64,000 nucleotides of DNA from Macrostomum lignano. Taxonomy: Eukaryota. The position numbers and the translations under genes were made by a program. Location: the NCBI GenBank assembly GCA_002269645.1, contig NIVC01001785.1, positions 173,763 through 237,762 on the forward strand, given 5' to 3'. The notes beneath the pieces are model-generated. The model worked only from the letters and a program-made list of their open reading frames with translations. It was not told the origin of the DNA and made no database searches. Below are positions 50,997-61,077 of this stretch, one piece after another; position 1 is the stretch's first letter, and every line of letters starts with the position of its first letter.

Positions 50997-53900
50997 GTTC
51001 AACAGTCAGCTTCAGCAGAGTTGCCCAAGCCTATGATCAATCACTGGAAATACTGAGGCTCAGATCGAGTCACCCAGACACGCTTCCGTCAGAATTTTTT
51101 GTCCAAGCTGGAGACAAAATTATTGAGGCAGTTCAGCAAAGAATTTCAAGACATCATTACAAAGTTCAGCTAAAGGCGAATATTCGAATGGTCCGAATAA
51201 GAGATGGGGAGATGCTTGCCGAAGAGGACAGATGGATAAGCTGTAAAATGCAGGCCCTAGACCTAGGTGGTGAAGCAGGCCGTTTAAACAACTGGTTGAT
51301 TGAGCAGGAGCAGGAGTTGGAGAGGATCTGTAGTATGATTAATACGAACGGCAGTGGCTGGACAATTAAACAAATTAATTTTCTAGACATCAACCTTGCC
51401 AGGTACAATCCAATTCGATTTCGCCAGGGCAGAGCCGTTAGATTCAATCTTCCTGCCAGTTTGAAGAACAAAAAGGCTGTTATCAATCCACCGAGCACAG
51501 GCAAAGACTGTTTCCTGTACGCCTGTCTCGCTGCACTGCACAGCGCCGATCCGAAAGTTCAGAAATCGCCCAACAGAATATCCTCTTACGATGAATGGTT
51601 GCGTGAGCTGGACTTTGCAGAAATCTCCATGCCAGTGAGTGTCGCTGATATCGATCGCGTCGAGTCTAACAATCCAGGAATTTGCATTTCTGCGTTCTCT
51701 TGGCAGCAGGGCAGTGTGACTCTTCTCCGTCGCCGCAAGCATGAGTCAGATGACCGAAGACACCTCATGCTTTTGCTAGTTAAAGACAGCTACGGATCGG
51801 AGCACTGGTGTGCAATTACTAATTTTGACAGGTTAATGAACAGTCGTAATGGTCCCGCCATGAGGAAGTGGTGCACGAAATGTTTAACATCATTTTATAG
51901 CAACGAGAGGCTTCAAGAGCACAGGAACGAATGCAGCATTACTGCAGAAAATCCTGTCAAAGAAACGCTTCCAGTTCCAGGACAGAATGAAATAAAGTTC
52001 CGAAACTGTCAAAACACTGTCAGTCCACCATTCGTTGCCTATGCCAACCTGGAAGCCATTTTGCGAGCGAACACAGACCCTGCTAACCTGATCTCAAAGC
52101 ATGAACCATGTGCAGCAGCTTTTCTTGCAGTGCCTCGTGAAGGCATGACAGGACCTCCGCTTAGGCCAGAAGGAGACATGTACAAGGTCTTTTGCAATGC
52201 GGACCCTGATGAGTGTATCCTTGGTTTTCTCAAATCTCTTGAAAGCCTGGCTCAGGATATATTTCACTGGAACCAGAAGCATAGCCACCAGCCGGCTGAC
52301 CGATCATCCGCGACCGTCATGGATGATTTCAATTCTGCTGAGGTATGTCACTACTGCAAGAAGAACTTTAAAAGTTCTACAGATAAACATTTTGACCACG
52401 ATCATTTAAATGGACAGTACAAAGGTGCAGCATGTCAAGAATGCAACCTGCGAGCACAGCTCCGACGCCGGTTTCTGCCCCTGGTTTTTCACAACTTAGG
52501 CGGCTACGACCTTCATCTTCTACTTTCCACTGCGCTTGGGAGCATGAAAAATTGGAAACTTAGTGTTGTTCCGCAATCATCCGAGCGATACTTGTCACTA
52601 AGGGCGGAATTCCCTGTTGCAAGTTACGTAAAGAACGGAAAAGTTGTGCCAATCATGTTTACAATTCAGTTCATCGACTCGCTCTGCTTTTTGAAGGGAA
52701 GTTTGTCCAATTTGTTTGCTAATCTTCCCGAAGCTGAATGCAAGCTGACAATGCAAATGCTTGAGTCAAGACCACATCTTTCAAGAGAGCTACTTCGAAA
52801 AAAGGGATTTTCCCATATGATTACCTCACAGGATTTGAGATTCTCGAGCAGTCGGTTTTGCCGCCTAAAGATGCTTTTTTTAATCGACTTTCCGATCGGG
52901 GAATTTCCGACGACGACTACAATAGAGCAAGAGCGGCATGGGCGGCATTTCAATGCAAAAGTTTGAAGGATTATATGCTCGCCTATCTTGAAATGGATGT
53001 AAGGCAGCTGGCTGACATTTTCGAGACATTCCGACAGGCCAGTCTGAAAGAGGACGGATTGGATCCGGTACACTACTTTACTACTCCTGGTTTGTCTTAC
53101 GACTCAGCTCTAAAGTCGACTGGAGTGGTTCTAGAGCAGCTGACTGATGCTGACATGTATCATCTGTTTGAGAAGGGAATACGAGGAGGCATGTCCTTCA
53201 TTAATGTGCATTGCGTCAAAGGTAATAATCCTAGCTTGCCAGGTTATGATGATCAGCAAGAGAGTGTAAGCCTCATGCCGATCGATATGAACAACTTGTA
53301 TGGCTTTGCCCTGTCGCTTCCGCTTCCATGCAGGGAATTCAGGTGGGTACCGGAACAGGAAATCCAGTTCTGGGACTCCAATCGGTTTCTGTCACTCAAT
53401 CCAGAAGCCGAGATCGCCTACCTTGTTCAACTCGATCTAGAATACCCAGCTGAGATTCACGATTCGACTCAGGAGTTACCGTTTGCACCTGAAAAATCAA
53501 AACCACAGCCAGATCAATTCTCGCCGTACATGGCCGAACTATGGAAAGAGATTGCTGAACAGCGAACTGGCAATGCTGAAGCTAAGTTTCAAGCAACGGA
53601 GAAGCTTCTACTCACCTGTACCGACAAGGATTCTTACGTAGTTCACAGCACCGTTTTAAGATTTTACCTGCAACACGGAATGCGGATCAAGTGCGTCAAA
53701 AAAATGATTTCGTTCAAGCAGGAAAATATTTTCGCGCCGTACATTGCCAGCAACAATGAAAAAAGAGCTTTGGCAACTTCCGAGTTTGCTAAGGATTTTT
53801 ACAAATTGAAAAACAATTCTCTCTTTGGAAAAACTATGGAGAACGTTCGAAAAAGATGCGATGTTCGAATTTGCACTAACCAGACTCAAGCAGAAACTTG

Positions 53901-54645
53901 CGCCTCTCGACCAAACTGTGCCGCATTCTCGATTATCAATGAGTCGTTGAGCATTTTTCAGCTCAAAAAAGATAAAGTCACGCTTGACAAGGCCATTTTC
54001 GTTGGCCAGGCAGTTCTCGATCTCTCTAAGATGGCCATGTACAGCCTACTATATGACAGGCTCCGACCGCTGTTCTGTCATTCAGACGGTTCCAGAGACA
54101 TGATGCTTTGCGGAGGTGATACTGACTCATTTTTTCTAGCTTTCAAGAATCATGATTTAACATCGGAGGTAATCCCGAAGCTTAGAGAGGAAAAAATACT
54201 TGACACATCCAACTATTCTCGAGACCATCCGCATTTCTCTGAAGAGTTAAAAGGAAAGCTGGGCTGCGTTAAAGATGAATCTGCTGGTGGAATTTACCAG
54301 GAGTGGATTCTTTTGCGTCCAAAACTTTATTCGTTTCTCCCTGCCGAGAATTCGAGTGCAAAGATCAAGAAAACTGCCAAAGGCGTGAAGCAGTCAGTAG
54401 TAAGACAGCAAATTTCGCATGCGAACTATGTCGACGCGTTCGAGTCCAAGCAAGAGCAGATGGTTGCCATGACAGCGATTGTTTCCAAGAAACACGAAAT
54501 CTTCACGTCGGTCATGGAGAAAAGAAGCCTATCGGTGTGGGAGGATAAGCGAGTGTGGCTTAGCAGTAATCGAAGCCTGCCCTACGGACACTATGCGCTG
54601 ACGCCCGCATCCCACGATCAGCTGAAGCGCATCCGACTGGTCTAG
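50997..54645 (+). CDS. polB: Protein-primed family B DNA polymerase (pPolB), one frameshift at 52798-52804
   Basis: Frame open from 50984; YANLE (ExoI), CHYC...DHDH...C (endoVII-like Zn insert), FHNLGGYD (ExoII), KGIFPYDY after the shift, DMNNLYG, KLKNNSLFGKTMEN, GGDTDS, LRPKLY, DKRVW. Confidence 0.96.
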
Positions 54646-55227
54646 TGCGGGTGTTTAACAGACTGTTTAGTACTTTTTCTTGCTTTTAGAGTTGTTTAAA
54701 TTGCCAAATTCTGTTTTAAATGTAGTGACTTGCATGTAGTAACTTTTACAAATTTGTATGCTTGGCTAATTGCGCTAGATTTAGCTGTCAATTTGTTTTT
54801 GCGGCGTGAAATATTGATATCAATTTAAGTTTTACTTTTTATAAAGCTGTGTGGCAAGTGCGCTCATACAATATTAATTCATTTTTGTTTGCTTTGTGTA
54901 CTACTTGTTTAAAATGTGTTTTTGGTTTTTATCTGACACAAATTGTTCCTGTAAATTCAATCAGCGTTTTAATCATATTTTCTCTATCACTTTTCTATTT
55001 CTCTTCTCTCGGTGCACATCGTTTGTTATAACGATGGTAGTATTGTTTACTTTCGGATTTGATATGCGTTTTGCGATACTTTTGGTGATGGGCTAAATAC
55101 GTTTTTGAAGTGTTCCATAGCTGTCTGCCTGGGAAAATGAATGTAAAGAATACCAAGTTTATCCTTTTATTCACTTTTCACTAATCATTGAAATATTTGC
55201 GGCAAATTGCTTGACTTGACTTTATTT

Positions 55228-55800
55228 TTATTCAATGGAAAGAACTACATTGAGTAGACGCATGCTATCGGTATGCAACTGATTCAAGGACCGAGCTCCA
55301 CTGAGAACAAAAGAGCCGCTGTGAAAAAGCAGACATTTACAAAAGTTTAAATTGAAAATTAAAGCAGAAAAGGATTCTGGTTCATATTCGGCGTTTGGGA
55401 TAATTGATTTTAACATTAATAAGGAAAGTGCGGAATGAACTGGGAGCTGTCCATGAGCAGTAATAGTTTTAATTCGAACACAAATTGTTTGATGAGGCAG
55501 CAGTTGAGCCGGCACTCTCCGATGCAGCATAGCCACGAAGCGACGGGCAGCCCTTTTGGCGTCTGCGTGGGTCTTGGCACCGCAGATGCTCAGTTGCCCA
55601 GTAGGGTAGAGTAGGAGAGTCACTCTGGGAATCCGCATCCGCTTGATGAGCACCCGGGGCCAGACGGGCCGGTAGATCACATGAGCCATGCTGAGAGCCA
55701 GTTCCCGTAGAGGCAGCTGAGCGCCCCTGCCACCATCCAGTCTCAGATCTACTCCGCCAACCAGATTGGTCACTCTTAGGGCTGTAGCTGGTGGGCTCAT
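55228..55800 (-). CDS. Virus-encoded divergent TATA-binding protein (TBP-like), 190 aa
   Basis: Two TBP repeats: TNLV...YRP...RMRIPRVTLLLYPTGQLSICGAK...AARRF and ...YEPESFSALIF...LLFHSGSFVLSGAR, compared with TBP QNIV...YNP...[23 protein letters not shown]...AARKY / YEPELFPGLIY...LIFVSGKVVLTGAK. First ATG is 55800 (the ORF track starts at TTG 55839). Confidence 0.9.
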   Translation of the reverse strand: MSPPATALRVTNLVGGVDLRLDGGRGAQLPLRELALSMAHVIYRPVWPRVLIKRMRIPRVTLLLYPTGQLSICGAKTHADAKRAARRFVAMLHRRVPAQLLPHQTICVRIKTITAHGQLPVHSALSLLMLKSIIPNAEYEPESFSALIFNLNFCKCLLFHSGSFVLSGARSLNQLHTDSMRLLNVVLSIE

Positions 55801-56320
55801 TTCGATCGTCAACTTCTTCACCAAATCTGCTTCTGCCAACTTTACTGCTCGTGTGCCACGGACACTGCTCGCTTCTTAAGTTGATGCAGAACTTTGGCTT
55901 AAGCCAACTGTAGTGCAGCAACGAATTTCTCACTGCACAGCCAGTATCTGAATCTTCAGTCGAGGGTGCTCCCAAATCTTCTAGGTTATAAACCTGTCTT
56001 CCAAGCAGCTCAGTCAGAAAAATCGACTTCCTTTCCCCATTTGACCAGATCGGACCACTGGCAATGCTCAGAATGTCTTCCGCCAGTTCCATGTACGGAC
56101 GGGTTCCATCATTCCACTTAAACTGGTGCAGACTCTTAGATAGCTGTCTGTAGTAAACTCGCATGTCAGGTGAGACTCTCTCCCATGGATACGGAGGTGC
56201 GTACACATGGTGAGCAATGTGGTAGCTCCCCGCTCTGATTTGAACAACTGCCAACTCCTTCACAACAAATTTTTTGCTTGTGCTGTTGCACGGGAATCCT
56301 TGGAAGTCAATGTAGTTCAT
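55469..56320 (-). CDS. Polinton accessory protein, possible DEDD/RNase H-fold nuclease; C-terminal extension suspect
   Basis: IDFQGF...FVVKELAV...PPYPW...HQFKWNDG...NLEDLGAP...CAVRN...W pattern in the first ~145 aa, recalled from animal Polintons; the rest overlaps the TBP gene in another frame. Confidence 0.55.
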   Translation of the reverse strand: MNYIDFQGFPCNSTSKKFVVKELAVVQIRAGSYHIAHHVYAPPYPWERVSPDMRVYYRQLSKSLHQFKWNDGTRPYMELAEDILSIASGPIWSNGERKSIFLTELLGRQVYNLEDLGAPSTEDSDTGCAVRNSLLHYSWLKPKFCINLRSEQCPWHTSSKVGRSRFGEEVDDRNEPTSYSPKSDQSGWRSRSETGWWQGRSAASTGTGSQHGSCDLPARLAPGAHQADADSQSDSPTLPYWATEHLRCQDPRRRQKGCPSLRGYAASESAGSTAASSNNLCSN

Positions 56321-56349
56321 GATGCAGCTTTCCTTCGAAAATTTCGGAG

Positions 56350-57042
56350 TCAGTCCACCTTCTTATATACTTTTCTGGCAGGCAATTTCAGCCAGGCTGT
56401 GTTGCTCCCGTACCCCTTGACTAGACTCTCCTGTTCTTTCTCCAGTTCACCCCCTCTGCTGGTTGCCATTTTCTTCTTAACTGATTTACCAACAGCGGAA
56501 AGCGGAACATTAAGCTTTTTCTGCTGCAGAAAATCGATGAACTCGTTCCACCCAACTGGTTCACGCTCACATGGCGAATCCCTCACTGTGTGCTGAATCA
56601 AGTCCAGTATGTTTGAGGAAGGGATTGACGTGCCTGCGATTTCCACCTCCCCGTTTTCACAAACTCGAATCAGCTCTGGATTGGTGGACAGGATCGTCCA
56701 CAGACTGCGAGCCCTGGTTTTGAATTTCTGTGGCACCGACTTGCTGATCTTCTCTTCCCAGGTGCTTATCTGGGGTGTCTCTGTTTTCATCAACTTGGCT
56801 TCAGTATTGCGTGCTCCTTCTTTTCCAGCGTGCTTGCGCTTGGCCAGCAAACTTTGCATTGCACTTTGGTACATGGCGGTTTTCACATCTTCTGGACAAT
56901 CCTCGGCATACAAGATGTCATCGCATTTCTTCTGAGCCTGCTTCAAGTCAGCTTCAGTGGTAGTCTCATTTGGCTTCAAATTCTGCATCAACATCTCATA
57001 CTCTGCTTTAGGAATCAGAACCATTTCTGAAAATTTGTTCAT
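56350..57042 (-). CDS. Conserved Polinton/adintovirus protein of unknown function
   Basis: MVLIP...DDILY...Y...SVPQKFKTRARSL...GEVEIAG...SSNILDLI...PVGWNEF...NVP pattern typical of animal Polintons. Confidence 0.75.
   Translation of the reverse strand: MNKFSEMVLIPKAEYEMLMQNLKPNETTTEADLKQAQKKCDDILYAEDCPEDVKTAMYQSAMQSLLAKRKHAGKEGARNTEAKLMKTETPQISTWEEKISKSVPQKFKTRARSLWTILSTNPELIRVCENGEVEIAGTSIPSSNILDLIQHTVRDSPCEREPVGWNEFIDFLQQKKLNVPLSAVGKSVKKKMATSRGGELEKEQESLVKGYGSNTAWLKLPARKVYKKVD
56362..56369 (-). promoter_or_regulatory. TATA box (TATATAAG) upstream of the DEDD-like/TBP-like unit
   Basis: 41 nt upstream of ATG 56320; identical to the boxes at both element ends. Confidence 0.45.
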
Positions 57043-57346
57043 TTTGCTTCTTCTTCTTTACCAGCTTAAGCAGAATCGGGAGTATTTTGATGAAGCCAGC
57101 CTTCAACAAGTCTGTCTTTCTTCTTTTGTGAGTAATTTTTCGAATTATCTCTTTTGACTTTGCAAGAACAGCTTTTTCATCGAGCGAAAACGATAGATTG
57201 TTTTGTAAGAGATTATGGCAGGCCTCGACAAGAAAATAACGCACTTCTTTTGGACAATTTTTTATCAACAGCCGCTTGAAGCGCACGGTATATTTAGGTG
57301 ACGCAAGAACCGCAAAAAGACTTGCATATGAATCAAGCACTTCCAT
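57008..57346 (-). CDS. Small basic conserved Polinton/adintovirus protein (112 aa from MEVLD)
   Basis: RLLIKNC...FLVEACHNLLQNNL...EKAVL...IIRKI...AGFIKILPILL resembles the conserved small virion-associated ORF. Confidence 0.7.
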   Translation of the reverse strand: MEVLDSYASLFAVLASPKYTVRFKRLLIKNCPKEVRYFLVEACHNLLQNNLSFSLDEKAVLAKSKEIIRKITHKRRKTDLLKAGFIKILPILLKLVKKKKQNEQIFRNGSDS

Positions 57347-57387
57347 TGCGATGAAAACAATAGCTGATAAAAACAAGCTTCACTTTC

Positions 57388-58067
57388 TTAAGCAAATACA
57401 AGATGGGGTCGCTGGTTGGGCAGAATTCTGGCCCGCACTCGCAGCTCATCGGGAGTTGATGGGTGAAAGTCTAGGAACAGGTAGGCTCCCCTGCCCTGCG
57501 CGGTCACGTGCTTGAACACTGACAGCAGAAAGCCGGGCTTCTCTGTAAAGCACTGCCTGCCCAGTGCTGCAATCTGCAGCTGGTCTCGGGGTTTTTCAAG
57601 ATAGCTAAGTACATTACATTCAAGCTCATTGTTCGCGACTCTTTTCCCTTGAAAAATATATTCTGAGTCAGCATCACCAAAAAGCACGGCAAGTGATGTG
57701 CGATTCCTGTGAAAAAATTTCGCATTGAAGCAGAGTTTGAAGTTTCCTCTATTAAGTCATCGAAAACAACCAGGTCATTGGGCCTAAGTGCTGCCTCGAT
57801 GTTGGTGGGAAATCCCTGGCGCAGCTGCACACCTAGGCTGTTCAGTTCTGCATGGCCTGCCTGTGAGATCCCATAGTACCACAGAACTCTGCCAGGCTTC
57901 ACATCAAACATGACGTCTCTGTACTGGATCAGGTGTTCGACAAAGGTTGTTTTTCCTGCATTGGTGGGCCCGCAGACAATCATGCAGCTTCCCTGCCTGA
58001 GGCGGATATCGTAGCAAACTTGCTTTTCTCCCATGTTTAATGCATAAATATTAGAAATCACGGACAT
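57388..58067 (-). CDS. A32/FtsK-like genome packaging ATPase, one frameshift near 57588-57596
   Basis: GPTNAGKT (Walker A), VVFDDL (Walker B), LTQNIFFKGKESRTMSLN; the C-terminus PRDQLQIAALGRQCF...YLFLDFHPSTPDELRVR is in the adjacent frame. The true start may be ATG 58034. Confidence 0.93.
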
Positions 58068-58106
58068 CTTTTTCTTAAGTTGGCTTCAAACCTCTGTAAG
58101 ATTCTA

Positions 58107-58568
58107 TCATTCAAATGATTTTTCATTAGCATGCAAATGCTTCAAAATCCCCTCAAATGACCGATTGAACAGAAACTTTTGATAAGCAAAATAGATGCAA
58201 AACATTCCGCATTTATTAGAGTTAGCACATTGAACTCTGTTTATATTGCTTCGGAGCCAAAAGCCAGTTGTTTTAATCTCTCGAAACAAATTATAAACCA
58301 AAGATAAAATTTCAGGTTCCCAGCCGAGGGAGTTGAACAACTCAATGCGATTTCCTTGCCCAACATAGCACACCACCCAGTGACCAAATGAGCCATTGTG
58401 CTGAAGTAGGACAAAAACAAACTTGTTTTCAAAGGAAATTGATGATCTAAATTTTCTTTTTACATTCAAGGGCAGAGAATTTTTATAGCGCAAATGTAAA
58501 GTAACTATGAGAAATTTTTGGTAAGGCAAAAATTTTCTGGCGAGATTAAGTAGTTGAATTGCATCCAT
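58107..58568 (-). CDS. Adenain-like cysteine maturation protease
   Basis: GHWV (His), ELFNSLG, VQCANSNKCGMFC (Gln, Cys); 153 aa, intact. Confidence 0.9.
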   Translation of the reverse strand: MDAIQLLNLARKFLPYQKFLIVTLHLRYKNSLPLNVKRKFRSSISFENKFVFVLLQHNGSFGHWVVCYVGQGNRIELFNSLGWEPEILSLVYNLFREIKTTGFWLRSNINRVQCANSNKCGMFCIYFAYQKFLFNRSFEGILKHLHANEKSFE

Positions 58569-58573
58569 GTCAA

Positions 58574-59855
58574 TTAAGAGGAATAGTCCAGCAAAAGCTC
58601 TCGGTGCTTGGTGACCTCAATCAGCGAGTCATACAGGCACATAGCAATCAGGGACACCGCTTCATTCAGAGCCTGTTGGAAGCGAATCTCCAGCCGCAGG
58701 TTGCCCTCCTTCTGTCCGTACCACAGAGCCGCTCCCTCGGGTGTGAGATCGAATGCAAACACCGTGTGTTGTTGGAGAAGAGCTGGTAGGGGATCCACGG
58801 ACCGAGTTTGTGTGGCTTGCAGATTGACAGCTTTTCAGGTAGTGCAAGTATTCTCTTACGAAGGAATTGTTTTCAGGTGTGAAGGCGCCGTGGCACACGG
58901 TTTCCCCACCTTTCTTTAGAGCCAATCGGCTAAGGTTGAAGCTCTGGAACTGTAACGGGCTCGCGTGATGATGACCGTTGAATGCTCGGTGGCTCACGAA
59001 GGCCAGCATGATGAACTTCGGCAATTTTCCATGAGTGAATCCTTCAATGTTTTTTGACTGAATACCCTGGGGTAGGATGAAGTTCTGCATTTCAGTTCGC
59101 TCGATGGGATACAGTGCATTTTGGTTTGTCAGCCCCTGCTCATGGGCCAGGCTGATGTGGGGCATCACTTTGACTCGGCGAAGATGCAGAATGCTGTGAG
59201 AGATTTCCATTCGGTATGCCGCGTTGTTTGCATTCGGGGTTCTGATGGCAAAGGCCCCATCGCTGGGGACCAGTTTGATGTGCAGGTGCAGATTGCTTAG
59301 CAGAAACACTGGGCACTGGAAAACATCGCTGAAGAGCGGCCCCGCATACTCCATCCATTGGGATTCCCTGTGGCTCTCCGTGTGCTCTTCAGCTGCCGAG
59401 TTCGGCTCCAGGAAGCCAGCAGGGTAAAGTTTTAGTTGCTGGGCATCGGATGAGCTCATTAGTGCTTTGAAGTACGCATGGTAGGGATAGAGCTGGTCTC
59501 CACCAGACACCACTCGCTGGTTAATGCTCACAATTACATCTGAGAAGGCTGTAGACAGAACAAAATTTTCTGGGTGCACGTCACTGTCTCTGCGCTCGGT
59601 GATGATGCCATCTCCATCTCGAACATCCTCCCTCAGCAAACCCCCATCCAGTCTCACAAGGCGGCAGCGAATATAAAGAAAAGAATTAAGCAGATCTGTA
59701 TATTCATCGGCAGATTGGTGGCAGTCAAATTCAATGGGAGAGTTTGCAACAATGGAATTAACTGGGTGAATATCAACATAAGTAGCTTTTTCAATGCAGG
59801 TTTGTAGAACGGGCGTCTTAAATAAATCAAGTCTGGGATTGAATCCGTAAGCCAT
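58574..59855 (-). CDS. Major capsid protein (double jelly-roll hexon), one frameshift near 58832-58835
   Basis: LDLFKTPVLQTCIE...SPIEF...DEYTDL...YPYHAY...AFNG...F; the C-terminus VFAFDLTP...GNLRLEIRF...IEVTKHR..LLDY is in the adjacent frame. Confidence 0.92.
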
Positions 59856-59857
59856 GT

Positions 59858-60235
59858 CTATGACAGAGAGTCGAGCACGCGTTTCACAGTTTTCTTGCTG
59901 ACTTTTTGCTTTCGCTTTCCTCCGCCTGCTCTATTCTTCTTTGCTTTCGTCTTCCTATTCTTAAGCTTTTTCCCACTAGCCTTGCTCGACCTCTTACTGC
60001 GATTTCCACCAGTTGCCTTTCGGGTGCCCTTCTTTTTCTTCAATCGTTTCGGACTTGCTTCAGTATTTCTTTTGCGCCTGACGTTGCTAAGCGTCGAGGC
60101 TGATGATGATGATATAGCCGCTGGCGGAGGCTGGTATGTCATGATCCCTGGGAAGCTCCCACAGCCATAGAGTGCAGGCTTTTCGTGTCCTGTCCTCACC
60201 CCCGAATATTGCTGGATTAGCTGCTGGTAGTTCAT
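59858..60235 (-). CDS. Small Lys/Arg-rich putative core (DNA-condensing) protein, 125 aa
   Basis: Starts MNYQQLIQQYSG...LYGCG and ends in a very basic tail; the ATG overlaps the corrected penton stop (ATGA). Confidence 0.6.
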   Translation of the reverse strand: MNYQQLIQQYSGVRTGHEKPALYGCGSFPGIMTYQPPPAAISSSSASTLSNVRRKRNTEASPKRLKKKKGTRKATGGNRSKRSSKASGKKLKNRKTKAKKNRAGGGKRKQKVSKKTVKRVLDSLS

Positions 60236-61049
60236 TGAATGCGTTTCTCCTGAATTTGAACTGTAAGCAGAACAGGGCTGTGAGTCTGTGCAATCAGTGG
60301 GCAACCATAGATGTCCGCAGCTGAACTCGAATGCTGTGAAGAAGACTGATTCGTTGAATCGGGAAGAATATTGTTTTCTTAAATATTTTTGTTTGATAGT
60401 TGCCCCATTCAATGCCAGCTTTCATTCCAACTGTTCTCAACAAGGAGCTCCAGTTGCAATTAGTTGACTCAACGATACTGCAGTGCACATTGATTAAGCT
60501 GGTGCGCGGGCAGCCAATGCAATGCTCGGATACGCGGCTCCCTGGCTGGATTTTCACAGCCTGGTTTCCAAATCCCAGCCAATGCAGAATTTTACTAGAT
60601 GGAAGAAACAGCTCTGCTCTCGCAGTGTTGTTGTGCACCACAGTTCGTGAGTTGCGGATTTCGAACTTCATACCAAATTCCCTGTTGCCACTACGCCCCA
60701 TCAGGCCGGACTCATCAGCCTCCATCTCAGACTCCCTGTCACTCATTGCATCAAAGAACAGCGAATCAGAGTTGGCCAGCAGCTCATTCAGGCGCTCCAC
60801 CAGCTCCTCCACTCTAGCAAAGCGTCCGGGTTGAAGAACCAGGGCCTCATGCTCTCTTCCATCTGAGACAGTGAAGCAGTAAGGCTCGTCAACATTGAAC
60901 CATGCAGCAGGCAGATGGATTTCAGCCAGACCTGCCTCATAGTCCACATTTCGATCCAAGTAAATAGGTGAAGGCAGGTAAAAATTAAAGTCACTAGGAG
61001 TACCTTCAGCATGCTCACTGTTAATCAAAATAGTTCGCATTATAATCAT
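60232..61049 (-). CDS. Minor capsid protein (penton), one frameshift near 60315
   Basis: DFNFYLPSPIYL...YEAGLAEIHLP..WFNV...PG...LGF...VHCSIVE...LLRTV; the C-terminus DIYGCPLIAQTHSPVLLTVQIQEKRIQ* is in the adjacent frame. Confidence 0.85.
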
Positions 61050-61077
61050 AAACTACATGATGAGGGCTGTGCCAAAG

